A stretch of DNA of 64,000 bases from a virus. The position numbers and the translations under genes were made by a program. The stretch's first letter is position 1; each line of letters starts with the position of its first letter. This document shows positions 18,859-28,671 of the stretch, in pieces. Under the pieces are notes generated by a model. It was given only the letters and a program-made list of their open reading frames with translations. It had not been told where the DNA came from and ran no database searches. The stretch is taken from positions 4,680 to 68,679 of the IMG/VR virus record IMGVR_UViG_3300025030_000011; one strand, given 5' to 3'.

Positions 18859-19533
18859 TTAAACCTCCTTATTTATATCATCAAAAATAATAGGCATTTC
18901 TTTTTTAAATTCAGCAAGCAAAGGATACATAAGCCACTGCATTGATTCATCAGCATGGCTATCTGCACGTTGTTTAAATATATGTCTCCATTCTTCCAAA
19001 TTTGCAGTAAGGATTACTTCTGTCTTTGCATCATTAGGTAGTATCCCTCTTGCTCTTTCAGGTTTCCAACCCTGCTTAACTAACGTATGATAAGATTCTT
19101 CAGCTTGTAACACTTGACTTAACCACACTCTTGCACCGTTGCTTGGGGGATTTATATTAATTTCTGATTCATTATGATAAACCCCTTCAGGTATAGCATC
19201 ATGTAAATAAAATGGTATTACATAAACAATTTCACCGTTATTCTTTTTACTATAATTACAATATCTTTGTGATTCTTGAAGAAAGTGAGCCAACCCATGT
19301 CTAACTAATTGGTGGGAGGTTCCCCTACTACAAATAAACCTAACGGTTGCTTGCTTATGCCTCAATATGGAATAATGATGTTTATCATTAACAATCATAT
19401 CCATAAATTTTGTAGCTGATTCTAGGGTTATTCTATCTTCGCTTTTGTAACAATTTCTCCCAAATAATTCTAAATCAGTATAAAGATTTTCTGGGATATA
19501 CTCAATTTTAAAACTAGGCTTTACTAACAACAT
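18859..19533 (-). CDS. thyX: FAD-dependent thymidylate synthase (variant motif)
   Basis: QLVRH...QESQRY, ARGILPN..KT, WRHIF..R. Confidence 0.85.
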   Translation of the reverse strand: MLLVKPSFKIEYIPENLYTDLELFGRNCYKSEDRITLESATKFMDMIVNDKHHYSILRHKQATVRFICSRGTSHQLVRHGLAHFLQESQRYCNYSKKNNGEIVYVIPFYLHDAIPEGVYHNESEININPPSNGARVWLSQVLQAEESYHTLVKQGWKPERARGILPNDAKTEVILTANLEEWRHIFKQRADSHADESMQWLMYPLLAEFKKEMPIIFDDINKEV

Positions 19534-19756
19534 TTTCTTTCTCCCTTTTTTGAATTTCACGATTAATATACCAAATAGCTTTTTTCATATCTTCTATCAC
19601 ATCATTTTTTAAATCCGCTCTCCAAATATATTTGATTGCATTACCTAAGTTGAAACCCATATGTTCAACAACATCAATGCATTCTATCCCAGAAGGATGA
19701 TTGTTATAATGCTTTGGATGATTTACAGGGTCATGTTTACTCATTCTTTCCTCCAT
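19514..19756 (-). CDS. DUF3310-family protein
   Basis: DPVNHPKHY..IECID..FNLGNAIKYIWR..ED.KKA.WY. Confidence 0.85.
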   Translation of the reverse strand: MEERMSKHDPVNHPKHYNNHPSGIECIDVVEHMGFNLGNAIKYIWRADLKNDVIEDMKKAIWYINREIQKREKENVVSKA

Positions 19757-19882
19757 TTCTTTGATAGATTATTTGATATAGCAACTAAAGCAAGAAATTG
19801 ATAACACCAAATTAAAGTAAACCAAAAACTCCATGCAGGATGCTCCATTAACATCTTCAATACAAATTCATAGAAATTCATT

Positions 19883-20221
19883 TTAAATCCCTCCTTTTAG
19901 AAATTGTGATTTTACATTTATACTTTGATTAAGCATATTAGCACTAAAAAGACGATCTTTTGGAATTTTATCATAAACCTTTACTTGTATCTGTTCTGGA
20001 GGCACTATCCATAAATGTAATCTTTGTGCATATTCATTATGGTTTAGGTATTCAGATTGTTCCAAATATACATACTTTTTCAAATCCTCTAATAAATCGT
20101 CCAATGCTGACATATGCTCAAATTTAACTTTCCTACCGTCTAAAGTTAATCTATGCTCAATTAAATCTTCTGGCCGAAAGCTCATTTCCCGACTTACGAT
20201 CTCCACAGGATAATAGCTCAT
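19883..20221 (-). CDS. Hypothetical protein
   Basis: 112-aa ORF directly after the polymerase gene. Confidence 0.5.
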   Translation of the reverse strand: MSYYPVEIVSREMSFRPEDLIEHRLTLDGRKVKFEHMSALDDLLEDLKKYVYLEQSEYLNHNEYAQRLHLWIVPPEQIQVKVYDKIPKDRLFSANMLNQSINVKSQFLKGGI

Positions 20222-20223
20222 AT

Positions 20224-22119
20224 TTACTCCTTCTGCTTTTTCGTTACAAATAAGTCATAACAACAATTCACATAGTGGTTATAATCAATATCATTAGGCA
20301 AGGTTTTAGGTAACGTCATTAAAGGCTGCGCGTTATCACTACCTCCAACTTTGTTACCTGTTGTTTTATATTCTATGCAACCTTGCGCTTTTGTAGAAAT
20401 ATAAAAACGTACAGCCTTACCGAGATAAACCCTGTTCTTTACAGCACCCCCATTTACTTGTACTACGGTTAGAAATTTCTTTATATCTTCACATTTCCTT
20501 ATTGTCTCTTCAAAAGGTATTCCAAATTTTATATATTCAATCATAGCATCTGAGCACACTTCGTTCATAGGGGTTTTAGCTAATTTTGATTTGCCGAATA
20601 TACCTTTTCGTGTCACACTTCCGTCATGTTTAATCCCAAGATAATTATTTATGTCGCGTGAATAAACCCCTATATATTTATCACAAGTTAATTCAAATTC
20701 TGTTTCTTTCATCCAACGATTAATCATTGATTGCATTAAATCTTCTTTGTCTTTAGGACACTTTATAACAATACCGTCTGTATTGCCAGATATTACAGAT
20801 ATTCCTTTACGTTCTAATCTATCAATCAACATCAGTATTGCTAGTTGACCTGTAATAGTCACTTGAAGCATTAAATCAGGAGCATACAAGATAGAGTACA
20901 ATTGACCTAATTTCCCAAAACTTCCATTAAGGAGAATTTTAAGTACATCAGCTTTTACTTTATCTCCAATACTTTTTGCTTCAACTCTTTCTGTGACAAC
21001 CCCCCCATAAAAAGGAATGAATGCTTTACCTAATTGTTTTGGATATAAACCGCAATTTAATATAACTTGGGGATAGTAGCTCGTAACATCATATAGAAAT
21101 ATAGAATGATGGTTATTCTCTGTATGAAAAGCAGACTTCTCCGTACTATGCAAACCACCTTTCCCTGTAGTATATGTTGAACTACCTATTTTTACTTTAA
21201 AGCCTTGCAGTTCTTTTGGCGAAACAGTCTTACCTTTATCATTTATCGTAAAAGGTTTTGAATCGTATATTTCCAAAAGTTCATTCAATCTAGGATTTTT
21301 GAACTTTATAAATTTTGGGGTTTTGTAATGAAATTCTTTTTTACTGAACCCCCCTTTTTCAATTTTCTTTCCTGTTATCTTTTCTACTTCAGCTTTAATT
21401 ACTGCTTCAGCGATTTGAGCATCAGATTTAGAACATAAATCAAGATTATACTTCTTGGACATTACCCGCCTTAGTTCTATTTGCTCAAACCTATCAAGAT
21501 AAATAAGTTTAGTGTTTATCAAGTCATTATCGTTATACTCTGAAACATCGTCCATTTGTTCTTCAGTCAATTCAGATTCTTCGGGGTAGGGTAAGTCCTG
21601 CATCTTCTCACAATGTAATCTTCCAGCAAGTAATTTTAGAGATAAATTTGCAGGGCATAACTCTTTCAAGTCGATATGTTTTATATTCAACTTTTCCAAA
21701 TTATGTTTTTGTTCAAACTGCCATATCTGTATATCTGTTTTGATTAGTTCATCTGTTGCTTCTTTTAATGCTTTGTTTGATGCTCCTGACAAAGCTAGGT
21801 TTAAAAGAGGTATATCAAATCTATTCCCATTAAATGTAATTATTTCATATCGCTTTAATATTCTTTTGATTAAATCAACATCAAGCGAATATCCTTTTAA
21901 CCTTTCAAACGCATATATTCTTTCATCATGTATTCGCATAAACTTGGCAAGGAAATAATTTTGATAACATTCAATGTCAAAGATCATTTGATTTTCTGAT
22001 AATTCAGGTTTATCTTTTTTAGGCTTTTTTACTTCATCAGGAAACTTTACTTTAAGCTGTTGTGGTATGGGTTTTCTTTTATTCGATTGCAAACTTGAAG
22101 ATATAAAGAAACCTTCCAT
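20224..22119 (-). CDS. Family B DNA polymerase with 3'-5' exonuclease
   Basis: FDIE exoI, FNG.RFD exoII, YN.ND exoIII, DVTSYYP, K...NGSFGK, NTDG. Confidence 0.88.
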   Translation of the reverse strand: MEGFFISSSLQSNKRKPIPQQLKVKFPDEVKKPKKDKPELSENQMIFDIECYQNYFLAKFMRIHDERIYAFERLKGYSLDVDLIKRILKRYEIITFNGNRFDIPLLNLALSGASNKALKEATDELIKTDIQIWQFEQKHNLEKLNIKHIDLKELCPANLSLKLLAGRLHCEKMQDLPYPEESELTEEQMDDVSEYNDNDLINTKLIYLDRFEQIELRRVMSKKYNLDLCSKSDAQIAEAVIKAEVEKITGKKIEKGGFSKKEFHYKTPKFIKFKNPRLNELLEIYDSKPFTINDKGKTVSPKELQGFKVKIGSSTYTTGKGGLHSTEKSAFHTENNHHSIFLYDVTSYYPQVILNCGLYPKQLGKAFIPFYGGVVTERVEAKSIGDKVKADVLKILLNGSFGKLGQLYSILYAPDLMLQVTITGQLAILMLIDRLERKGISVISGNTDGIVIKCPKDKEDLMQSMINRWMKETEFELTCDKYIGVYSRDINNYLGIKHDGSVTRKGIFGKSKLAKTPMNEVCSDAMIEYIKFGIPFEETIRKCEDIKKFLTVVQVNGGAVKNRVYLGKAVRFYISTKAQGCIEYKTTGNKVGGSDNAQPLMTLPKTLPNDIDYNHYVNCCYDLFVTKKQKE

Positions 22120-22197
22120 TTATTTACCTCTTTTTCTTAGGTTTCATTTCTTCCAATTCAATATCGTGTAGTTCTTCCGTAATTTATAGTTGCAAAT

Positions 22198-22386
22198 TTA
22201 CCTTGCATCTTGACACTCCTTCAAAGGGCAAAATTTAGGTGGTTTTTCATTCCCGACAACTCTTCTATTTTCACCGTATGGGAACTTAACCATAATTTTA
22301 GGATTCCCACAAACCGACTTCTTCCCCATACAAGCATCAACATAACAAGGGCATTCATTACATAATTCAATCAATATAATTTTCAT
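22198..22386 (-). CDS. Cys-rich hypothetical protein
   Basis: CNECPC...P.FCPL; AGGAGG RBS. Confidence 0.5.
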   Translation of the reverse strand: MKIILIELCNECPCYVDACMGKKSVCGNPKIMVKFPYGENRRVVGNEKPPKFCPLKECQDAR

Positions 22387-22399
22387 AATTATAACCTCC

Positions 22400-22654
22400 T
22401 TATTCCGGGATTTCGTTCAACATACCAAAAGCTATTTTAGCTAAAGCAAGGCTAGTTTCTGCAAACATCATTCTACCGTCAGGCAAAGGAATAATGATCC
22501 CAACACTTGTCTTGCCTGAAGTCATACCCTTAGAAAGTGTCCCAATCGTTATTACATTATCATTCGGTACAATCAATACAGCAGATTCAGGCAAATCTTT
22601 AAGCGGGTTATTATCGGATTTATCAATATCTCTGATTACAGTTAGCATTGGCAT
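22400..22654 (-). CDS. Hypothetical protein
   Basis: GMTSGKTSV...AETS pattern; AGGAG RBS. Confidence 0.55.
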   Translation of the reverse strand: MPMLTVIRDIDKSDNNPLKDLPESAVLIVPNDNVITIGTLSKGMTSGKTSVGIIIPLPDGRMMFAETSLALAKIAFGMLNEIPE

Positions 22655-22655
22655 T

Positions 22656-23669
22656 TTATTTAGTCTCCTTTTTCTTTTGAAGTAACTTAGCAACATGTTT
22701 GAATTGTTTACCTTCAAACAACAACATTTTTTTTCCAATAATTATATCACCTTCAGACTTCAAAATAGTTTTTAGAAATTCTGGGGCAATATCAAACTCA
22801 ATTGCTTCACCGGCGTATTTAATCTTTGTGTCTTCTTTAAACCAACCGTTATCACCTTTTGTTGATACTTCTATTTCATTATCATCTATGCTTATAGTTA
22901 CACGTTCTCCATTTGACATTACAGCAGCACGATCAAGAATCTCATTCAAGTTTTTGGGAAATTCTATCTCTTCTCCTTCTACATCAAGAAATTCATCAAA
23001 GTCTGGGAAATCATCTTCAAACACACGGCATGAAAAAACAATATCTTGGTTAGTTTTAAAATGCAACCAACCCTCTGTTACCGCATATGATTCAAGATCA
23101 AGATTAACAAGATTCTTTGCGCCATTGAAAGGTATTAGCAATTCTTTCATATAACCTTTTTTAGCAACCTTCATTTGGTGTCTTGTGATTCTGTGATTAT
23201 CGGAAGATTCAACATAGTCATTAAACACATGCAGACAAGTTAAAATAGGTTTAGTTGCATCTTTGGAACAAGTGAACAGACAGAATTTAACAGCTTCACA
23301 AAATGTTTCAGGAAGTTCTAGCCAATCCTCTTCTTCAGGTAAGCCCATTTCGTTTATAGGCAAGGTTATCTTATCTTCTAAGCGTAATCCCGCCTTACCG
23401 CTTCCCTTGATTTCCAAAGTACCTTTTTGTGCCTTCAGTTCAATTTCTGCTTTTGTTGTCTTGTTGAGTAATGACAAAAACTCTTTTGCCGGTACAGCCC
23501 CAGTAAAATCAACCTCTATGGGATGGGAACAAAAGATTTCATCGTTATACGCTACAACATAACCTTCTTCAGTAAATATGAAACAACTTTCTTGTCCTGT
23601 AGAAGTTTGGGAAATTCCTGGCATTACTAATTGAAGAGCTTTTATCAAATTATCCTTTTTTATTTTCAT
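22656..23669 (-). CDS. dnaN: DNA sliding clamp (DnaN/beta-like)
   Basis: KPILTCLH..SSDNHR, FPDF; size about 337 aa; DnaX homolog nearby. Confidence 0.75.
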   Translation of the reverse strand: MKIKKDNLIKALQLVMPGISQTSTGQESCFIFTEEGYVVAYNDEIFCSHPIEVDFTGAVPAKEFLSLLNKTTKAEIELKAQKGTLEIKGSGKAGLRLEDKITLPINEMGLPEEEDWLELPETFCEAVKFCLFTCSKDATKPILTCLHVFNDYVESSDNHRITRHQMKVAKKGYMKELLIPFNGAKNLVNLDLESYAVTEGWLHFKTNQDIVFSCRVFEDDFPDFDEFLDVEGEEIEFPKNLNEILDRAAVMSNGERVTISIDDNEIEVSTKGDNGWFKEDTKIKYAGEAIEFDIAPEFLKTILKSEGDIIIGKKMLLFEGKQFKHVAKLLQKKKETK

Positions 23670-23872
23670 GCTGGAAATCTCCCCTTCCTGACTTTGCATC
23701 CTTTAGTAAAGCACCTAGCACAAGGATGATTTTTAGTAATCTCTACAAACTTTTGGAATACAGCGGGGTCTTTTTTACGTTCAACACAAAATACATAAGC
23801 ATTTACTTCAGGCAAAGCTTCTTTCATACTTCCTAAGTCTCCTAGATGAATTGGTTTTTTATTCTTACTCAT
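23666..23872 (-). CDS. Hypothetical protein
   Basis: Coupled ORF in operon. Confidence 0.45.
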   Translation of the reverse strand: MSKNKKPIHLGDLGSMKEALPEVNAYVFCVERKKDPAVFQKFVEITKNHPCARCFTKGCKVRKGRFPA

Positions 23873-24238
23873 TTAATCCCCCTTTGTTTCATATATTATA
23901 TTAATATCAATAATTTCTTTATTTCCTTCACCTATAAACAATTTAAAATAGGCTTGTATCAAAGCCTCCATTGTGTCTCTATGCAAATCAATTGAAGTAA
24001 CCCTTACATTGTCCTCAATCTTTACTATGCCTTCTTTAAACTCTTCAAAATGTTCAATACATTCTGGATGGCTGCTGAACATTTTTATTTTGAATGAATT
24101 ATTGTTTGTGTTTTCAAATAGTTCTATTTTTCTTTGTTTATCTAATATAAGACCAATAGCTCTAATACAATTGCATTTTTCATTGTCTAGTAAAGTTTTA
24201 CCACATCTTGAACAACCACCTAAATCAAAATGGTTCAT
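23873..24238 (-). CDS. Hypothetical protein with N-terminal Cys cluster
   Basis: CSRC...CNC. Confidence 0.5.
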   Translation of the reverse strand: MNHFDLGGCSRCGKTLLDNEKCNCIRAIGLILDKQRKIELFENTNNNSFKIKMFSSHPECIEHFEEFKEGIVKIEDNVRVTSIDLHRDTMEALIQAYFKLFIGEGNKEIIDINIIYETKGD

Positions 24239-24684
24239 TCAACTACACCCCCTGGTATGTATCGAATAGGTTTCAATTCAGCATTTTTAGAAATCTGTTG
24301 CTTTTGTTTCCCAGAAATTTTGACTACTGTGAAGTTAGGTAGGTTCCCCAAATCTTCATTCCTCATTACAGTTTCAACAATGAAATTGACTAAAGAATCA
24401 TAAACCTTGTTGTAATCTCTTGCTTTCTGATTTGTTGCATAATCAATGAGGCTATCAAGATAAACAATTTGTTTGGAAACTTGTTTATCTTCAAAAGCTA
24501 CTTCTTCCAACAATTCTATAGCTCTTGTGCAAAGGTGAATCATTCCGTTAACGTCCATAAATCTAAGGTGTTTAATTGAATAAGCGAGGATACAACCGAG
24601 GACTTGTTTGGGTTTAACTTGGAGCGGGGTAGGATAGTCATTAACATACAGCTTATACATAGTTGAAACCCTCCGTGAAATCAT
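24235..24684 (-). CDS. Hypothetical protein
   Basis: ORF in operon. Confidence 0.5.
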   Translation of the reverse strand: MISRRVSTMYKLYVNDYPTPLQVKPKQVLGCILAYSIKHLRFMDVNGMIHLCTRAIELLEEVAFEDKQVSKQIVYLDSLIDYATNQKARDYNKVYDSLVNFIVETVMRNEDLGNLPNFTVVKISGKQKQQISKNAELKPIRYIPGGVVE

Positions 24685-24696
24685 CTAAATTAAATT

Positions 24697-25521
24697 CTAG
24701 TGTATCTTTATCAATTTCATACCGTATTCGTTTACGCAATTAGGAATAACAACATTTTCTTTTAAAATCAACTTATTTTTTTTAAATTTGCTATAATTTA
24801 CTTGATGGTGCCATTTATTAAACTTCCAAACTACTTTTACTATATCGGGATGTTGTTCTTCCAAAGATTTTGCCATCTTCAATCTTCCATCATCTTTATA
24901 TAATTCGTCGGTGTTGCCTCCTTTCATTTGCATTGTCGGTGTTTTATCAGCAAGAAAAGCATTAATCAATATTGTACACCATTTATCTTTTAATACTCTT
25001 ATTGATAAATCTGTATCTTCATTGTATATGCCCCTCCATCTTTGTTCTAAGCTGTTATTTATCAAAATACAACTATAGATGCGGGTATTAAGATAATAAG
25101 GCGGTACGGGGTCTGTGGTTTTGCAGAAATAGTCATAATTGAATCCTGCTAAACCCACATTTGTGTATCGGTCTATAAAATCTTCTGTTGCTTTAAATAT
25201 TGCACTTGATGTAACTCTAATTTTCAAATTATGATTTAATCTATAAAACCCATCTATATTATCATCTAATATCCAATGTCTCTTTGCTCTTCTTGATATT
25301 GCATGTTCCCAAACAAAGTTTCTTGCAGGTATTGAACCTTGTCCTAAATTACTAAAAGGTAAAACTATAATTTTGGAAGAATCAATGTGCTTAACATATT
25401 TTTTATATTCTTGGGGTTCAATGACTATATGATAAGGCACTTTCATAACTTCTAATGCTTTACTTGTCATTCTTGAATCCCAACGCCCTTTAGAAATAAC
25501 GTAGATCGGATATTTATTCAT
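24697..25521 (-). CDS. GT-A glycosyltransferase, TET-associated (TAGT/GREB1-like) family
   Basis: PIYVISKGR, ARN, WILDDNI, NEDTDLS, GGNT motifs. Confidence 0.7.
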   Translation of the reverse strand: MNKYPIYVISKGRWDSRMTSKALEVMKVPYHIVIEPQEYKKYVKHIDSSKIIVLPFSNLGQGSIPARNFVWEHAISRRAKRHWILDDNIDGFYRLNHNLKIRVTSSAIFKATEDFIDRYTNVGLAGFNYDYFCKTTDPVPPYYLNTRIYSCILINNSLEQRWRGIYNEDTDLSIRVLKDKWCTILINAFLADKTPTMQMKGGNTDELYKDDGRLKMAKSLEEQHPDIVKVVWKFNKWHHQVNYSKFKKNKLILKENVVIPNCVNEYGMKLIKIH

Positions 25522-25768
25522 CTACATACCGCTTAGTTGAATCCATACAATTTTTACCTCTTACTAAAACAGGATGCCAAATTGATTTAGTATTCTTTGT
25601 TAATTTCTGTTCAATCAATTTTGCAAATTCTTGTACTCCTTCTTCACTCTCAAATCTTACAATCAATGTTCGATAAGGTTTTATATTCTTTTGGACAAAT
25701 TCAGGCATGTTACGCCAATTCTTTTTCCAATTTTCATCTATTTGGAAAAACCCTTCTTCATTTTTCAT
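25514..25768 (-). CDS. Small protein coupled to the glycosyltransferase
   Basis: W.NMPEF.Q...IVRF...F..LI.Q.....KSIW pattern recalled from phage DNA-modification loci. Confidence 0.55.
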   Translation of the reverse strand: MKNEEGFFQIDENWKKNWRNMPEFVQKNIKPYRTLIVRFESEEGVQEFAKLIEQKLTKNTKSIWHPVLVRGKNCMDSTKRYVDE

Positions 25769-25790
25769 ATTTATTACCTCATTGATAAAA

Positions 25791-25825
25791 TAAAGGGGAA
25801 GGGCTTTTAAACCGCTTCCCCTTAT
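25791..25825 (-). terminator. Intrinsic terminator
   Basis: AAGGGGAAG...CTTCCCCTT stem followed by a T-rich run on the minus strand. Confidence 0.65.
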
Positions 25826-25834
25826 TCCTACTTA

Positions 25835-26824
25835 TTAATCATTAAAGTCATACTGATTTTTCATATTAAGTTTACATACCCCTTCAGCTTCTAATACTGT
25901 CAAGGCTACACGTAACCATTCATTTGAATAATCTGCAACATATGAACAATCACGTTCTTTGCAATACTTTTTACCAGACCACTCTTTATGCTGTTCAAAT
26001 GTATGACAACGATTTGTTTTAATAGATTCAAGAATCGAATCCATACGCCCGTATGCTTTTGCTTTCTCTTTCTTTGCTGATTTAGGTTTATCTTTTTTAG
26101 CAGCAGGTTTAGTGTCTTTTTTGGGTTTTTCCTCTTCAACCTCTTCTTTAGCTGCCTTGCCCTTTTTAGCGGGTTTTTCTTCCTCTTTTGCTTTAGCACC
26201 TTTTTTGGGTTTCTCTTCGGGTTCAGGTTCTTCTTCCAGTTCAAGTGCTTCAATAATAGCTTCACGCAGTTCTTCAATTTTCTTTTTGGGGAAATCATCT
26301 ATATCTATATCAAGTTCTTTTTCTTCAACAAGTGATTTAAGCTGTTTGTAATCCATTTCATTTACTGTTTCAAGCGTAATTTCCTCTTCTTCGGGTTCAG
26401 GCTCAGGCTCAACCTTTTTACCCTTTTTAGCAGGTTTTTCCAAAGGCAATTCTTCCTGTACTTCTTTTTTACCTTTAGCACCTTTTTTGGGTTTCTCTTC
26501 TTCAGGTTCTTCTTCAACTACCTTTTTACCTTTAGCTGCTTTCTTAGGTTCTTCTTTTACGGGTTCAAGATCATCTTCAATATTGATACCAAGTGCTTCA
26601 ATCGTTTTCCTTGCTTCATCACTGAAAGGCCCATTTTCTGCATCTTCTGTAAAGTCGCTTTCCCGTACTTCATCCAAATTCTCTTTAATCAATTCGATTA
26701 AGTCTTCATCCGACATTTTACGTTTGATTACCATTTCAGGGTCAAGCCCCAGAACCGTATTTGCTTCTTCTACCAAAGATTCCAGTTCTTCACGTTCCAC
26801 TTCTACTTTCACTTTCTTTGCCAT
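25835..26824 (-). CDS. Highly charged Lys/Glu/Pro-rich protein
   Basis: KPKKGAK/EEEPE repeats; GGAGG RBS; own promoter and terminator. Confidence 0.7.
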   Translation of the reverse strand: MAKKVKVEVEREELESLVEEANTVLGLDPEMVIKRKMSDEDLIELIKENLDEVRESDFTEDAENGPFSDEARKTIEALGINIEDDLEPVKEEPKKAAKGKKVVEEEPEEEKPKKGAKGKKEVQEELPLEKPAKKGKKVEPEPEPEEEEITLETVNEMDYKQLKSLVEEKELDIDIDDFPKKKIEELREAIIEALELEEEPEPEEKPKKGAKAKEEEKPAKKGKAAKEEVEEEKPKKDTKPAAKKDKPKSAKKEKAKAYGRMDSILESIKTNRCHTFEQHKEWSGKKYCKERDCSYVADYSNEWLRVALTVLEAEGVCKLNMKNQYDFND

Positions 26825-26885
26825 CTGTACTTCCTCCGTTGCTTTGATTTTCCCTCATAGGGGATTTAAATTGTGCTTGGGCCTA

Positions 26886-26913
26886 AACTTAACATATCTG
26901 TAAACAGTGTCAA
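26886..26913 (-). promoter_or_regulatory. Sigma70-type promoter
   Basis: TTGACA then TGnTAAGTT extended -10. Confidence 0.5.
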
Positions 26914-27123
26914 GTATTATTTTTAGTTATATAAATAATTTTTCAGCTATTTCTTCAAGAGCTTTTTCTTGTTTGCTTGTTATATTAACTTTTGCGCCAT
27001 GTTGTTTATATCCTTGGGTTCTATCGAATATTAAACACATTTGAAAATCATCTAATAATTTATAATGCAAATTTGCTTCTTTCAAAATCAACACTAATCT
27101 TTTTAATTCCATATATCCTCCAA

Positions 27124-28650
27124 TTAATAGCTGAATAAGTACGGCTTTCCACAAGCTAAACTTTGCCCAATAGTTACGTTATATGATTCTCTGTATGCAT
27201 CTTCCCTTGTTACTAAAGGAGCTACACGACACAATCCTTGATCTTTTTCCTCTTCTGTCTGATTCAATGCATATGCAGCAGTAACATGGGCAAAAATACG
27301 TTTATCTTCACTGAAATTGCTTTTAGTAAGATTTGCAATATAATAACTTGCAGCATCAGCTTGGCTACATGAGATCAAACATAAATGCCTGTCTTGTGAT
27401 AATCTCCTTGCACGTTTCCACTTCTTATTAATTTGATTTCTGCTATCTTCATTCCCTCCTTCACTTGCTGCTATATCCATATAGTCTAAGATTAATACAT
27501 CGACTATAAAATCTTCCTGTTCTTCCCATTTCTTTAATTGTGAATCTATCATTGATATAGAACAACTATCACTAGAATGAGTTACAAGTTTAAATCCTTT
27601 AGACCTAATCAGCTTTTTATATTCAACACCGTTATCATATGCTTCTTTCCAACATAACGGTTCTACTTTCTTTCTTAGATAATACCAAACAGCACCTTTA
27701 AAGGGATTTTGCCTTATTTTCATTCTTGAACATTCAATACAAGGTATATGTTCATCATAATCATCAAAAGAACCTTTTACCCCGTCCTCATATACCCCAC
27801 CTTCGCCTTTTCTTTCTTTCCTATTGCAAATATCTTTTTGATTTAATTCACAATCTAAAACAGGTACTAGAATATCCCCACAGTACTTCTTTAAATCTGA
27901 CTTTCCTGCTAATGATATGTGTTGTCTTCTTACATATTGTTTTTCTGACATATCTCCAAGTTGAAATACTGCAACATTACATCTTGCTCTTCTAGCTTGA
28001 TCTGCAAAGAATTGCATCAGCCAAGTTTTCCCACGTTTTTCTGGAGCAAGAAAAAATATGAATGAATCCCTAACAAGTTGATCGTTCATCAATTCACCAA
28101 GTTTTCCTGGGACTTTAAACAAAGGTTCTTGTTTTTCCTCAAAAGCTGCTTTAATCACGCTTTCATCGTCTAAAGGGTCTATTCCGTTTGATAGGGTTAT
28201 CTCTACATGCCTAAATTCATTTAAAGCGTTCTCAGCCTCTTCCACGTCATTCTGTGATAGACTATGCTCTATGTCTTCAGCTAGGTTTTTCAGACTACGT
28301 GCTTTGAAATGAGACACAGCTTTATCTAAGAGGTAATCGGCATTAAACGAACTATGTTCAAATTCATCTGACAATGTTGCCAAAAACTCTTCTATAAATA
28401 TTTGTTGTTCAGGATTTGGATTTGTTCTAGTCCAATGATTAAATATTTGTTGTATCGCTTTTCCTGGAGCTTTTTCATAGCGTTCATAAAAACGTAAACA
28501 CCAAGTAGCTATAATTGAAGCATAGGATATTTCTAAATAGTCGTGATTATAAATTGGAGTTATATCTCTTAGGAATTGGTCTGATACTATCATCCCACAC
28601 AAAATTTGCTTTTCTAGCGAATGGTCAACCCTGACTCGTTTTACAGGCAC
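27124..28650 (-). CDS. dnaB: DnaB-like replicative helicase with Cys-rich insertion
   Basis: APEKRGKT Walker A, ILDYMD Walker B, SCSQ, SEDKR. Confidence 0.8.
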   Translation of the reverse strand: MPVKRVRVDHSLEKQILCGMIVSDQFLRDITPIYNHDYLEISYASIIATWCLRFYERYEKAPGKAIQQIFNHWTRTNPNPEQQIFIEEFLATLSDEFEHSSFNADYLLDKAVSHFKARSLKNLAEDIEHSLSQNDVEEAENALNEFRHVEITLSNGIDPLDDESVIKAAFEEKQEPLFKVPGKLGELMNDQLVRDSFIFFLAPEKRGKTWLMQFFADQARRARCNVAVFQLGDMSEKQYVRRQHISLAGKSDLKKYCGDILVPVLDCELNQKDICNRKERKGEGGVYEDGVKGSFDDYDEHIPCIECSRMKIRQNPFKGAVWYYLRKKVEPLCWKEAYDNGVEYKKLIRSKGFKLVTHSSDSCSISMIDSQLKKWEEQEDFIVDVLILDYMDIAASEGGNEDSRNQINKKWKRARRLSQDRHLCLISCSQADAASYYIANLTKSNFSEDKRIFAHVTAAYALNQTEEEKDQGLCRVAPLVTREDAYRESYNVTIGQSLACGKPYLFSY

Positions 28651-28671
28651 AAAGTACCTCCAAGAATTATA

